A DNA stretch of 47,773 nt from the IMG/VR virus record IMGVR_UViG_2667527975_000009, positions 1-47,773 of that record, one strand, 5' to 3'. This document shows, in pieces, positions 1 through 10,380 of this stretch. A program made the position numbers and the translations under genes. This stretch comes from a virus. Its lineage: Duplodnaviria; Heunggongvirae; Uroviricota; Caudoviricetes. How positions within the stretch are numbered: position 1 is the first letter of the stretch; every line of letters begins with the position of its first letter. The notes under the pieces are model-generated. The model was not told where the DNA came from, made no database searches, and saw only the letters and a list, made by a program, of their open reading frames with translations.

Positions 1-1158
1 ATGCTCACTGTTAAGCAGATTGAAGCAGCAAAGCCGAAAGAAAAACCATACCGCCTTCTCGATGGTAATGGCCTGTACCTTTATGTCCCTGTATCCGGGA
101 AAAAGGTATGGCAGCTTCGCTACAAGATTGACGGTAAGGAGAAAATCCTGACCGTAGGAAAATATCCGCTAATGACTTTGCAGGAGGCAAGGGATAAGGC
201 ATGGACTGCGAGGAAAGACATCTCGGTTGGCATCGATCCGGTAAAGGCGAAAAAGGCTTCGTCTAACAACAATTCCTTTAGTGCGATTTACAAGGAATGG
301 TACGAGCACAAGAAGCAAGTCTGGTCAGTAGGCTATGCAACTGAACTTGCCAAAATGTTTGATGACGACATTTTACCCATCATCGGCGGTCTTGAGATTC
401 AGGATATTGAGCCGATGCAACTGCTGGAAGTAATCCGCAGATTTGAAGATCGCGGCGCAATGGAGCGAGCCAACAAAGCACGCAGAAGATGCGGCGAGGT
501 TTTCCGTTACGCTATTGTCACTGGTAGGGCTAAATATAACCCGGCACCTGACCTTGCTGACGCCATGAAGGGATACCGCAAGAAGAACTTCCCGTTTCTC
601 CCAGCAGACCAGATCCCTGCATTCAACAAAGCACTGGCAACATTTTCAGGAAGCATCATATCGCTCATTGCGACCAAAGTTTTACGCTACACAGCCCTAA
701 GAACGAAAGAGCTTCGTTCTATGCTATGGAATAACGTCGATTTTGAAAACAGGATTATCACTATCGACGCCAGTGTGATGAAGGGACGCAAGATTCATGT
801 GGTCCCGATGTCGGACCAGGTGGTTGAACTTCTCACTACGTTAAGCTCCATCACCAAACCAGTATCAGAGTTTGTTTTTGCCGGGCGTAACGATAAGAAG
901 AAGCCAATCTGCGAGAACGCGGTATTACTTGTGATCAAACGAATCGGCTATGAGGGTCTGGAAAGCGGTCACGGATTCAGGCATGAATTCAGCACGATTA
1001 TGAACGAGCACGAATGGCCTGCTGACGCTATTGAAGTGCAACTGGCACATGCCAACGGCGGATCTGTGCGCGGAATTTACAACCATGCTCAGTATCTCGA
1101 TAAGCGCAGAGAAATGATGCAGTGGTGGGCGGACTGGTTAGATGATAAGGTGGAGTGA
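1..1158 (+). CDS. int: Tyrosine integrase, P4/IntS type
   Basis: 385-aa ORF whose ATG is the first base of the window. N-terminal KPKEKPYRLLDGNGLYL motif and C-terminal HGFRH...RGIYNHAQY catalytic box are typical of P4-family integrases. Confidence 0.9.
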   Translation: MLTVKQIEAAKPKEKPYRLLDGNGLYLYVPVSGKKVWQLRYKIDGKEKILTVGKYPLMTLQEARDKAWTARKDISVGIDPVKAKKASSNNNSFSAIYKEWYEHKKQVWSVGYATELAKMFDDDILPIIGGLEIQDIEPMQLLEVIRRFEDRGAMERANKARRRCGEVFRYAIVTGRAKYNPAPDLADAMKGYRKKNFPFLPADQIPAFNKALATFSGSIISLIATKVLRYTALRTKELRSMLWNNVDFENRIITIDASVMKGRKIHVVPMSDQVVELLTTLSSITKPVSEFVFAGRNDKKKPICENAVLLVIKRIGYEGLESGHGFRHEFSTIMNEHEWPADAIEVQLAHANGGSVRGIYNHAQYLDKRREMMQWWADWLDDKVE

Positions 1159-1184
1159 ACCATCTTAAAAATCAATGAAAACAT

Positions 1185-1216
1185 GCAAGGCCTGGCACTC
1201 AAGTTACAGGCCTTGC
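1185..1216. terminator. Hairpin between convergent int and tailspike genes
   Basis: 10-bp inverted repeat GCAAGGCCTG / CAGGCCTTGC with a 12-nt loop; a short U-run follows on the minus-strand side. Confidence 0.45.
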
Positions 1217-1266
1217 GCATACAATTTATCAACTAATAATTTAATTTTTTAAAATATCAATTAATT

Positions 1267-3441
1267 CTATCTAATCCTGAACATTACAATTGGAGCAGAG
1301 CCAGAAGATAAAGGGCCTGACCAATGGTATCTAATTCTGAAAGAAGACTCACTTGGAGTTCCGATAATTTCTATTGGACTTAAAGTTGCACCTTCTGCAG
1401 AACCAGCAGGTTGTCTAAACCCCAACACAGCAATCTGGTTTGGTGTTGGGGCATACAGAAAATTATGCTCAATATCAACCTCGTTAGATTCGCTACCTGT
1501 TGGGTTTGGCATATTCCACTCAATATAATCGTCAGTTGATTTCCCATTTATTGAGTTTCCAACTGTTGCCATAATCGTCCACGTACACGTCCTGTTAAGG
1601 GCTGCCATTCTATCACCTAAAAACCTATTATAACCATTTGCGCCTGAAGTGATTAATCTTATATTCTCTGATGCACATGTGCCAATGCTGTTAAATCCAG
1701 TGCAATCAGAAGAAAGCCCCTTCGCAGTTATATCTACGCTGTTCGCAAAACAAATTGTTGTTGAATTTACTGCATCGCGAATAAGAGCAGAACCCGAAAA
1801 CAAATTATCACACGAACCTCTTATATTATTACCACCGCCGGATAAGTAACATAAATTTCCTTTTATCCTCTTGGATGTAAAAGTAACATTGTTATTGTCA
1901 CCAGTAACAGAAAGAAGCGAGGCTTTAATAGGGGCATTGTCACTCTGTAACTGACCAATTTGGTTTATTGTAACTACATTGTTGTTGCCTGATATAGCTA
2001 TCTGATACCCATCATCATCAATTGAAGGTGAATATCTTTGTGCTTTTATATTGATGTTAAGTGTCCAGATTGTACCGTTATCCAGAAGCATGTCGCGGAG
2101 AGGAGAAATTGAATCGCCAGTGTAGTTATCTGGCATTCTTCCGCACGCCCTGGCTTCTGCGATGGCAACAACACCATGTGCCCCGTTGGTAAACCAGTAA
2201 CCACCTAAACTATTATCAACACACACATGCCTCGCATTGAATCGGTTAACACCCAGCGTCTTAAATCCATAGCCATAATACGCAGCATATACATGGATGT
2301 AATTTATATCGACATGTCCTGTATAAGGAGACTGATTATCAAGAACAATTCCATGACATGGTTCTCCGGGATAAAGAAGGCTTTGTTGGCTTGTTGCTGT
2401 TAATCTTGCGCTGTAAGGAGGAAGTCCACACAGGCCAAAAACAATATAATCCATGTTAATATCACCTGGCCCCCTGAACACAACCCCCTCTCTCCCTGAA
2501 ATTCTTCCCGTTATCCTCACTTCAGAGGCGTGTTCCTGATTATCATGAAATGATCCATACCCCTCTGAATAGAGAGCATGTTCTGCAACATTATTAATCT
2601 CAACGTCAATGTGGTACATGCTGCCGAATATTTTAATGGCAGTTCCATAGTCATTGTTAACAGTGTCGCAAGTTCTCCATGAGTTTGTATCTCTTTGCAA
2701 GTCAAGATAATTACCATCAATGGTCATATCTTTTATGCTAAATCCATATGGCGCATCAGACAGATTTTCCACAACGCCAAAGCCATGTGTTTTAAATACA
2801 TCTGTATTACTACCTTTTTTAACATACAGAAATGTTGCTCTCTTTCCAGAGCCTTTATGATGAACGCCTGTATAAAGAATGATAGGAGAATCTATTAAAT
2901 AAACACCTGGAGGGTAAAATATTTCCCCGCCACCATTATTAAAAGCAGCTAATGCTGCGGCATTAATGGCATCAGAATCTGATGTCAATCCATCTGCTTT
3001 AGCTCCATAGTATTGAGGTGTTTTCCTGATTGCATCGTAAACCGTTGAAGCGCCGAAACCGATATATTTACTACCATCTGTACCGCCAATAAGTAATTTA
3101 AACTGATCCGGGTCATACTTCAGCACATTCGGAAAATAGAACTGCTGTGTACCATACGCATCATAAACAGCCATAGAATGGCCTTGCACGGTTACGAATT
3201 TGGCAATCTGTCCGTTATATACCGGATATCCAGCAGCGTTAATGATTATTGGTTGCGAAACAGGAACGTGAGAACCGTCTTCATTCTCCACATAAACCTG
3301 AATCTGGTTTTCAGGATTTACTGGGTCAGTGTCAATTTTACCGATATAAATTTTGCCATTAGCTACGGCTTTAAAAGAGCGGGCCATAGTGAAGAGTTGC
3401 GAAGGCATGCTCACTACAACATTGGCTGTAATGTCTGTCAT
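1267..3441 (-). CDS. Tailspike (P22 gp9 / HK620-type head-binding domain with a divergent receptor-binding domain)
   Basis: 724 aa. The first ~115 aa ([46 protein letters not shown]...) match the conserved head-binding domain of P22-like tailspikes; the remainder is unrelated to the P22 or HK620 sequences I recall. The gene is visibly more AT-rich than its neighbours. Confidence 0.9.
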   Translation of the reverse strand: MTDITANVVVSMPSQLFTMARSFKAVANGKIYIGKIDTDPVNPENQIQVYVENEDGSHVPVSQPIIINAAGYPVYNGQIAKFVTVQGHSMAVYDAYGTQQFYFPNVLKYDPDQFKLLIGGTDGSKYIGFGASTVYDAIRKTPQYYGAKADGLTSDSDAINAAALAAFNNGGGEIFYPPGVYLIDSPIILYTGVHHKGSGKRATFLYVKKGSNTDVFKTHGFGVVENLSDAPYGFSIKDMTIDGNYLDLQRDTNSWRTCDTVNNDYGTAIKIFGSMYHIDVEINNVAEHALYSEGYGSFHDNQEHASEVRITGRISGREGVVFRGPGDINMDYIVFGLCGLPPYSARLTATSQQSLLYPGEPCHGIVLDNQSPYTGHVDINYIHVYAAYYGYGFKTLGVNRFNARHVCVDNSLGGYWFTNGAHGVVAIAEARACGRMPDNYTGDSISPLRDMLLDNGTIWTLNINIKAQRYSPSIDDDGYQIAISGNNNVVTINQIGQLQSDNAPIKASLLSVTGDNNNVTFTSKRIKGNLCYLSGGGNNIRGSCDNLFSGSALIRDAVNSTTICFANSVDITAKGLSSDCTGFNSIGTCASENIRLITSGANGYNRFLGDRMAALNRTCTWTIMATVGNSINGKSTDDYIEWNMPNPTGSESNEVDIEHNFLYAPTPNQIAVLGFRQPAGSAEGATLSPIEIIGTPSESSFRIRYHWSGPLSSGSAPIVMFRIR

Positions 3442-3499
3442 TTAATTTGCTCCAGATACAAGGAATGGCCGCAGTGATGCATTATTAACCAAAAAATAC

Positions 3500-3512
3500 G
3501 ACCACCGTGGTC
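3500..3512. promoter_or_regulatory. Mnt-operator-like palindrome
   Basis: GACCAC-C-GTGGTC, a 13-bp palindrome between the divergent mnt and tailspike starts; it resembles the P22 Omnt core as I recall it. Confidence 0.45.
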
Positions 3513-3576
3513 TTATTGAGGATGCAACCAGCAGATAATAAGATGCCGATCCACTCACAAGAGCGAGGCATCAAGA

Positions 3577-3828
3577 ATGGGAAGAGATGACCCGCAATTT
3601 AATCTGCGGCTACCTTACGAATTAAAGGAAAAACTAAAACAGCGAGCCAAATCCAATGGCCGCTCTCTTAATTCAGAATTAGTTCAGATAGTGACTGATG
3701 CTGTATCAAGGCCATCCAAAATTTCAGGCTATCGAGACGATGCGGAACGCATCGCTGATGAGCAATCAGAGCTTGTTAAGAAGATGGTGTTTGATACGCT
3801 GAAGGATTTGTACAAAAAACCCACCTGA
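3577..3828 (+). CDS. mnt: Mnt repressor (ribbon-helix-helix, Arc/MetJ family)
   Basis: 83 aa, MGRDDPQFNLRLPYELKEKLKQRAKSNGRSLNSELVQIV...DAERIADEQSELVKKMVFDTLKDLYKK; near-colinear with P22 Mnt. Confidence 0.85.
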   Translation: MGRDDPQFNLRLPYELKEKLKQRAKSNGRSLNSELVQIVTDAVSRPSKISGYRDDAERIADEQSELVKKMVFDTLKDLYKKPT

Positions 3829-3844
3829 AGGTGGGTCCTATTTA

Positions 3845-4264
3845 TTAGTCTTGCTTTGTTGATGGTATAAGTGATGCATTTGCCTCTTTTGGCTTCAAGG
3901 TATACATCCCACCATTAAATGGATCTACAGCAAGCCAACCAATTAACCCACCAAACACAAGGTTTCCACCAATATACCAACCATTAGCATTGGCTTTGAT
4001 TGGCAAGGTTACTGGCTCGTACCCATCCTTTTCCATAGTGATCTGATAGCTCTTTTTGCCAAAATAACTACCATCTGACTTGGCAAGAGTTACTCCTTGC
4101 GGGGTCTTACCTTGCGCAACAATCACGCCTGATTCGTCTTTTACCTTAAAGCTCGCACCGGAAGGATTGCTGTTCACTTGCACAAGCTGTGTTTCGTCAC
4201 CAACAATAGTTGCGCACCCAGATAACAATATAGCGCCAGCAACGACGCCGATAATCCTCTTCAT
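3845..4264 (-). CDS. Lipoprotein (moron; possible superinfection exclusion)
   Basis: 139 aa with an N-terminal signal peptide and lipobox (AILLSGC); sits between mnt and the ejection-protein genes. Confidence 0.6.
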   Translation of the reverse strand: MKRIIGVVAGAILLSGCATIVGDETQLVQVNSNPSGASFKVKDESGVIVAQGKTPQGVTLAKSDGSYFGKKSYQITMEKDGYEPVTLPIKANANGWYIGGNLVFGGLIGWLAVDPFNGGMYTLKPKEANASLIPSTKQD

Positions 4265-4398
4265 ATTACTTTCCGTTTTGTTAGAATCAGAAAGATCTTA
4301 ATAATAAAAAGTATTTTCGTGAAGATATTGTCGATTGAGTTAATAACTCATTTACACCCAACAGTGCCATGATGGCAAAGATAAGGAGAGTTAATCAT

Positions 4399-4884
4399 AT
4401 GAAAAAATCACTGTTAATTATCCCGCTTCTGCTGGCAGGGTGTGCAAAGGTTAGCGACTATCAGGCAAGTTGCGAACAACGCTATCCAAAGCTTAGCGAT
4501 ATGGCTAATTGCCTTGATGCTAGCGTGAAGAACGACTCACGCATGGCATCAGCACCAACACCTAAGTTATATGTCCTTGCTGCGAAGATGCTCGGGCAGG
4601 GTGTCGATGATGGCAAGATAAGTGACGCGCAGGCAAGACTTGAGCTTCAGAATCTTTATGTTCAATTACAAAGCCAAGAACAAGCCCAACAAATAGCGCA
4701 AAGCCAAGCATTCCAGCAGGCTTTATTGAATTATCAGGCTGTAAACACAATGCAAGCGATCGAGCAAAAAGCGAGACAGCCTGTTATAACTCAACCCTAT
4801 CCAACACGAGTTGACACTTACACAAACTGCAATTCAGGGTTTGGTAATACAGTCACATGCAACAGTAGCAGTAACATCAGATAA
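4399..4884 (+). CDS. Lipoprotein with Q-rich region (moron)
   Basis: Start taken at MKKSLLIIPLLLAGC (lipobox), with AAGGAG about 9 nt upstream; Q-rich central segment; opposite strand to the structural genes. Confidence 0.6.
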   Translation: MKKSLLIIPLLLAGCAKVSDYQASCEQRYPKLSDMANCLDASVKNDSRMASAPTPKLYVLAAKMLGQGVDDGKISDAQARLELQNLYVQLQSQEQAQQIAQSQAFQQALLNYQAVNTMQAIEQKARQPVITQPYPTRVDTYTNCNSGFGNTVTCNSSSNIR

Positions 4885-4974
4885 CAATCAGCAAAGGTAT
4901 CGCCTATGCAGAGGGATACGATAAACCTCGCGTTCTACATATTTGGTTTTTGCACGTTCCTGGTGTTTGCGAAG

Positions 4975-6972
4975 CTATTCTGACAGCGCATCAGACTTAG
5001 CACCCTGAGTCAGGGCGTTAATGACCTTTTGTGCCTGCTGCATGGCTTTCTCAAACGCTGTTGATCCGCGTGGGGTGTTTGCCATTCGGAGCATTGCATT
5101 CCTGAATGGCTCGCTCTCATAGGCGCGAGTAAGAAGTCCGTAGCTTACTGCTGCACCAGTTGTCGCCGGGTTCATTGCCGTCCCATACCCAATAATGAAC
5201 GGGATGGTTTGCTGCCCTGTGGGTGTTGTTACTGCCGCTTTTGCAGCCTGCTGCGTGGATTGCAGGTAGTTTTTCAATCCTTTCAGATAAGCGGCTTCCT
5301 GACCTTTAAATGTGATGCCAGTCTGGTTTTGCAGGATGTTAAGCTGTCGAAGGAACTGGTCAGGGGATCCGCCAGATTTCTCCATCGCCTTTCCAATGAT
5401 GCCATTGCGCATTTGCGCCCTGCCAACACGACCAACTGAGTTATACAGCGTCTTAATTTCCGATTTGTTCTTGCTGAATAGCATGTTGTTGACAACTTCC
5501 GGCGTCAGGTCGCCTTTCATGAGAACATTCTTCAGCCTGGTATTCTTTAGTTTCGCCGCTTCGTCAGCGTAGACGGCATTGGCCTGCTGATATTTACGGA
5601 GAGTATCGTTGCCAAGATTCTGACCAATGGCACCATTGATATCGTCAGTCATTGCCTTGTAAACGCGCTGAATAGCAGCATCGGAACGGTTTGGTAACAC
5701 TGGTCGCTCACCCTTCACGTCCATTCTGAACTGGCTGCGCAGGTCGCTTAATTGCTTCAAATCCAGATTTACCGGACCATCAGGGCCAGCATTGCGAACA
5801 AGCTCATCACGATATGACTGAAGTTTTGAAATTGTCTCGTTATCAGCTACCTTACCAAGCTTCTGCAGATTAGATATCTCAGTATCAATCTGCTGAATTG
5901 CTCGCGCAGGCTGGATATTGACTCCCGCCATTGCATTCTGAACCTGCTCAAGACGGTTCCCTGCGGCACGACGAATTCCTGATGTTTTCGCTTTAAGGCT
6001 GTCAATAACAACCGCTGGATCATACTCACCGAATTTATCGGCAAATCTCTGCACCAACTGGCTTCTCGCTTCCTGTTGCGTTGCTCTCATTCCGCTTGTG
6101 CCAGCCAGAGGGATATTTTCTGCTGTAGTCTGCGCCATTTTTCCGACGCGGGAAGTGGGTTGTAACAGGTCTGTGGTGTGCAGAGGAACTCCTTCACGCT
6201 CTGCAAATCTGATAGCCTGCTGCGCTTCTGGCGCAATAGCACCACTAACGCCACGATAAGCAGCACCTAATCCACGTCCAGCAGCGTTAATAGCGCCGCC
6301 TGCCAGAACGCCAACACCTAAATCGGTGGCGAGGGCTTCCGCATCATCTTTCGCACTATTTGCAGCAAGTGACCCGACTGCGTTTTCAGCGAGAAGGCGA
6401 GTTGCACCCTGAGCGATTCTACCAGCTAGTGTTGGTGCCTGTGCCGCCGCTCTCTCAACGCCAGCAGGAGTGAGGTAAGGCAATGCTTCAGCAAATACCC
6501 TTCCCTCTGTCGTTTGTGGAGTCAGCGCGCCTTGCTGAAGGCCAAAGTCCTGCTCTAATCCCTGCGTTGTTACTCGTGGCGCTGGTTGATATGTACCATC
6601 GCCAATGCCGAGTTTACCGCCAGCCCAAGCCGCCGCGCTTGTTACAGCATCGGCAACTGATGCGGGTATGTTTGCCACGTTCACGCCAGCCTGCACCAGT
6701 CCGCGACCAGTCTCTTTTACTGCTTCGCCAAGATCAGACATAAATCCACTTTGCTGTGGTTGTTGCTGTGCTACTGGTTGCTGTGTCTCCACTTGCTGCG
6801 CAGATGGCAATGGATAGGCAGCATAGAAAGCTTGCTTGGCCTGCTCTGCATTTTCTCCGGCTTGCGGGGCAACGACTTCATTGAAGTATTGCTCCTGAGC
6901 CTGCGCTTTTTGTTCTGGTGCTAACGCCTGATACTGTGGAGAGGCGATAACATCTTTCCATGCTTTAGCCAT
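4975..6972 (-). CDS. Ejection (internal virion) protein, P22 gp16-like
   Basis: 665 aa, last gene in the gp7-gp20-gp16 order; Ala/Gly/Gln-rich composition. Confidence 0.75.
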   Translation of the reverse strand: MAKAWKDVIASPQYQALAPEQKAQAQEQYFNEVVAPQAGENAEQAKQAFYAAYPLPSAQQVETQQPVAQQQPQQSGFMSDLGEAVKETGRGLVQAGVNVANIPASVADAVTSAAAWAGGKLGIGDGTYQPAPRVTTQGLEQDFGLQQGALTPQTTEGRVFAEALPYLTPAGVERAAAQAPTLAGRIAQGATRLLAENAVGSLAANSAKDDAEALATDLGVGVLAGGAINAAGRGLGAAYRGVSGAIAPEAQQAIRFAEREGVPLHTTDLLQPTSRVGKMAQTTAENIPLAGTSGMRATQQEARSQLVQRFADKFGEYDPAVVIDSLKAKTSGIRRAAGNRLEQVQNAMAGVNIQPARAIQQIDTEISNLQKLGKVADNETISKLQSYRDELVRNAGPDGPVNLDLKQLSDLRSQFRMDVKGERPVLPNRSDAAIQRVYKAMTDDINGAIGQNLGNDTLRKYQQANAVYADEAAKLKNTRLKNVLMKGDLTPEVVNNMLFSKNKSEIKTLYNSVGRVGRAQMRNGIIGKAMEKSGGSPDQFLRQLNILQNQTGITFKGQEAAYLKGLKNYLQSTQQAAKAAVTTPTGQQTIPFIIGYGTAMNPATTGAAVSYGLLTRAYESEPFRNAMLRMANTPRGSTAFEKAMQQAQKVINALTQGAKSDALSE

Positions 6973-8267
6973 TAATCACCCCATAGTGAAGAAAAGTTAC
7001 TGCCAGTAGTAGATTGTTGCCCTGGCATATTCTGCACCGGCTCCTGATAATCAAACTGTTTTTTAACAGTGCTCAACTTGCTTTCAAGCTGATTTCTAAT
7101 CTTTCCGATAGAGTCACGAAAAGCCTTTTCACTCATTTTGGGACTTAGGGCACCAACCGCATCGGATAATTTTTTACCCTCAGCATCTGAAAGAGCGCCC
7201 ATACCCTTCAGGGACTGCACCATAGGAAGGAATGTTTGAGCTTTAAAGGTGTCGAGTCTTGCTTCAAAGTTAGCCGCATCAGATCCAGGAACTGTCGGAA
7301 ACGCTGAGCGAATGCCTACTGCTTTTGAAAGGCCGGGGCTTTGCTCTATCTCGTTGAGAGAATCAAGCGCAGTGCTGAACGTATCAACTGCACCCTGAGC
7401 GGCGGCCTGCCTGTCAGCGCGGGCTATGTCAGCCTTTTGCCTAACATCTGCCTGTTTCTGTTTTAGCTCTTCAAGCTTTAACTGATTGCTTTCTCTGGCT
7501 ATCTGTCTATCCAGAGCCTTCTCCTGTAATTCTGCTCTTTGTATTTCGCGGGAAAGAGCGGCATTCTGTGCGCTGATGTTCTGTCCACGTATCTGGATGT
7601 CCTGACCACGCGCTGTTAGTGCTTCTCCAGCCTGATTGCTGCGGATTGTCTCTGCCAGTCTGCCTCGGTCAATCTCACGACCAGCCATCTTGTCCTGAAC
7701 ATTGAAGTAGTCAATCGGACCGAGAGCAGCCATCCCAAGGTGATCAACAAACTCACCAAATCCTGAAGGGTTCTGCTGATACATCTGAGCAACGCTGTTA
7801 GGGTCAACACCGACGCGAGTCAGTTCCTTGGCGTTGTTTTGCAGCCATGATTGCATTGCTTCTGGAGACGATGACGCAAGGCGGGCGCCAGCCGCTAAGG
7901 TTCCGATAGAATTGCGCTGGTCTTCATCAATGAATCCCATGCCTTTACGAACGGATTCAATCTGGTCTGGATATTGAGTAGCCAACTGACGCAAAGCACC
8001 GCGATCACCAGACGCATAAGCATTAGCGTATGCCTGCTGAAATTCTTTCTGCCGCTGAGCCTGCTTTTCCTGCTGAAACACCCCCGCAATACCTGAAAGG
8101 CCTTGCAAAGCAGTCAGCCCAACATTGTTAGCGCCTGAACGCTCAATATCATTGTTCTGCCTAATAAGTTGAAGCGTATTGCCGATGTCATTTACGCTCG
8201 GAGCGTTTGAGTTGACGCCGCCGATACCAGCCAACAATCCGCCATTTGATCCTTGCCAAGTAGCCAT
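6972..8267 (-). CDS. Ejection protein, P22 gp20-like
   Basis: 431 aa, synteny between the gp7-like and gp16-like genes; coiled-coil-rich. Confidence 0.75.
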   Translation of the reverse strand: MATWQGSNGGLLAGIGGVNSNAPSVNDIGNTLQLIRQNNDIERSGANNVGLTALQGLSGIAGVFQQEKQAQRQKEFQQAYANAYASGDRGALRQLATQYPDQIESVRKGMGFIDEDQRNSIGTLAAGARLASSSPEAMQSWLQNNAKELTRVGVDPNSVAQMYQQNPSGFGEFVDHLGMAALGPIDYFNVQDKMAGREIDRGRLAETIRSNQAGEALTARGQDIQIRGQNISAQNAALSREIQRAELQEKALDRQIARESNQLKLEELKQKQADVRQKADIARADRQAAAQGAVDTFSTALDSLNEIEQSPGLSKAVGIRSAFPTVPGSDAANFEARLDTFKAQTFLPMVQSLKGMGALSDAEGKKLSDAVGALSPKMSEKAFRDSIGKIRNQLESKLSTVKKQFDYQEPVQNMPGQQSTTGSNFSSLWGD

Positions 8268-8276
8268 GATTACCCC

Positions 8277-8969
8277 TTAAAACAACGAGCCAAGCAATCC
8301 GATACCAGCACCAATGCCAGCGCCCCAAGGTGTTGATGTTTCCAAAAGGCTGGCAAGACCTGCACCGGCAATCGCACCGGACGTTCCGCCGCTAATTGCT
8401 GTCTGAAGACTTGATGGTTTGTTAGCATTAGCAGCGGCAAGAGCTGCGCTTTGCTGTGCAATGCTGCTCATGTTGTTGGCGTACGTCTGCCCGGCGTTTG
8501 CCTGACCTTGCAGAGCACCAAGGCCAATGTTTGCCAGATTGTTGTAGTTGCTCATCTGGTTCGACAACCACGACTGACCGAGAGTCGGGGCAATCGTGGC
8601 CAGTTGATTGCTTGTGGCTGTCGAGCCAAGTCCACCCGTCGCCTCCGCAGCAGCAAGACTCTGGTAACGCGCCTGACCTGCAAGGTCTTTATACTGCTGA
8701 GAGTTGTAATACTGATTAAGTGCCTGCCCCTGTCCTTCTAAACTGGAAAGATTCTGAAGCTGGTTAACATACTGCTCCGCAAGCGGCGTGAACGGAGCAA
8801 GGTTTTTCATGATCGTCTGCCACTGTTGATTTTGCAGGTCTGCGGCATACTTCTGAGCTTCTGCGGCATACTTTGCACTTTTATCAGAACTGCCACCTTT
8901 CCCGCCTTTTTCAGGGCAATAAGGTTCCTCGCCGCGCAGTTTTCTGCCCAGCTTAAATGCATATAACAT
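8277..8969 (-). CDS. Ejection protein, P22 gp7-like
   Basis: 230 aa; synteny, with a Gly/Ala-rich C-terminus. Confidence 0.7.
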   Translation of the reverse strand: MLYAFKLGRKLRGEEPYCPEKGGKGGSSDKSAKYAAEAQKYAADLQNQQWQTIMKNLAPFTPLAEQYVNQLQNLSSLEGQGQALNQYYNSQQYKDLAGQARYQSLAAAEATGGLGSTATSNQLATIAPTLGQSWLSNQMSNYNNLANIGLGALQGQANAGQTYANNMSSIAQQSAALAAANANKPSSLQTAISGGTSGAIAGAGLASLLETSTPWGAGIGAGIGLLGSLF

Positions 8970-8971
8970 GG

Positions 8972-9430
8972 CTATCTCCCGTGATTCAGGAAGTCGATTA
9001 GTTCTTCGCGTGTGGCGCTGTAAAACGTCACGTCATCAACGCCTTTGAAGTATTTCTTGATGGTTCCTACACGCTTAAGGCCAATCATTGCGCAGTACAT
9101 CTGACCGTGGCGGAATTTGCGTGCAGCGAACGATGTGACGCACTGAACAGTGGTGTTAGTCAGAATGTATCGCCAGAACGCCAGCCCGATTTCCTTGCTG
9201 AAGCCACGAACCTCTGGCAGGTACATGGCGTGGCAATCGAATGTCAGCGGCTGAATCTCCTGATAGTAAACAATGCCGCCAAACTGACCGTGCACGTTAA
9301 CCTCAAAGTAACGGCATTCAGGCTTGTAGTCGTATCCATCACCGTTGTTGCTCCCGGCAATAATGTCAGGGTGATTTCCGACTGCTTCGATCAGGTCGAT
9401 GTTTCGCGTTGGTTTGAACTGAATCATCAC
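8972..9430 (-). CDS. Virion protein, P22 gp14-like
   Basis: 152 aa between the needle and gp7-like genes (synteny only). Confidence 0.55.
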   Translation of the reverse strand: MMIQFKPTRNIDLIEAVGNHPDIIAGSNNGDGYDYKPECRYFEVNVHGQFGGIVYYQEIQPLTFDCHAMYLPEVRGFSKEIGLAFWRYILTNTTVQCVTSFAARKFRHGQMYCAMIGLKRVGTIKKYFKGVDDVTFYSATREELIDFLNHGR

Positions 9431-10380
9431 TGCTCCGCGATTATCTTGATGGTTGTGGCAGTAAACGCCGCCCCATTTGACTGGATGGTTAACGCACTGC
9501 CATTTGTGGCAAGAAAGCCGTCTTTATCCACGCTGAAGAACGTAGCTAACAGGATGTTATCGGTTGTTGTCGCCGAGTTGCGACTGCTTACCAGTGTGTC
9601 AGGAACAGAGCTGGAAAAGGTTAGCTGCATTGACCTGTTTGCGGTTCCGCTGGGCCACGTCCCGACGATCGACAGCTTGAAGAACAAGGTTTTGTTCTCG
9701 TTGAACACAACCATCTTGTTGTTAACGGTGTCGAAGAATGGTGCCAACGTGCCGGATGACGGCGTGAGCGTTTTCAGCAGGCTAACAAGGTTGGTCGGCG
9801 CTGTCGGGATGGTTACCGATACTCCTGAGTAAACAACCTCTGATTTCTTGCGCGTGGTGGCATACTCAAGCGCAGATATTCTTGTTGAGTGATCACCAAC
9901 TGTGTTTTGTAGTGTCGGAATACTTCCCTCTGCCGCTGTGAGCCTGGTATCAAGTGCGTCGATATCGGTTGTATTCTGAGTTATTCGCGCATCATGGTTT
10001 GCTAACTCAGATTCATTGGCAGCAATTCGCGTCTCGTGATCAGCCAGCTCTGTTTCGGCAGCCGTAATCCTTGTTTCATGATCTGCAAGAGTGCTTTCCG
10101 CTGCTGCAATTCTATGTTCATGATTGATGAGAGTTGCTTCAGCAGCTTCAATTCTGGATTCATGGTCTGCAAGGGTGACATCCTGCTCATCATTCTTCAC
10201 CTGTGCATCATAAGCCCCCTTCCCTGCTTCGTTGGCCTTGTTAGCCACGTTACCAACATCAGTGCCCTGTGCGATAACGTAAAGCAGATACGACTGCGAG
10301 AAGATATTGCGTGGAAGAACTGATGTATCGAGCCGCGTAGCCTGGATGATTACTGGCTCATTGAGATTCGAATCAGCCAT
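9427..10380 (-). CDS. Tail needle (P22 gp26-like) with extended C-terminal knob
   Basis: N-terminus [43 protein letters not shown]... matches P22 gp26; central 14-residue coiled-coil repeats ([14 protein letters not shown] and variants); 317 aa versus 233 aa for P22 gp26. Confidence 0.85.
   Translation of the reverse strand: MADSNLNEPVIIQATRLDTSVLPRNIFSQSYLLYVIAQGTDVGNVANKANEAGKGAYDAQVKNDEQDVTLADHESRIEAAEATLINHEHRIAAAESTLADHETRITAAETELADHETRIAANESELANHDARITQNTTDIDALDTRLTAAEGSIPTLQNTVGDHSTRISALEYATTRKKSEVVYSGVSVTIPTAPTNLVSLLKTLTPSSGTLAPFFDTVNNKMVVFNENKTLFFKLSIVGTWPSGTANRSMQLTFSSSVPDTLVSSRNSATTTDNILLATFFSVDKDGFLATNGSALTIQSNGAAFTATTIKIIAEQ

Noticed and set aside
11-202. 63-aa minus-strand ORF inside the integrase gene
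   Set aside because: Fully contained antisense within a well-supported gene; no start context.
1649-3477. Several 66-99-aa ORFs on either strand inside the tailspike gene
   Set aside because: Embedded in an AT-rich coding region where random ORFs are common; no independent signals.
3442-3576. Search for arc and ant genes next to mnt
   Set aside because: No ORFs of suitable size or sequence; only the operator-like palindrome is present.
4906-4983. 25-aa hydrophobic peptide ORF (MQRDTINLAFYIFGFCTFLVFAKLF) between the lipoprotein gene and gp16
   Set aside because: Very short, weak ribosome-binding site, and overlaps the gp16 3' end; cannot be supported from sequence alone.
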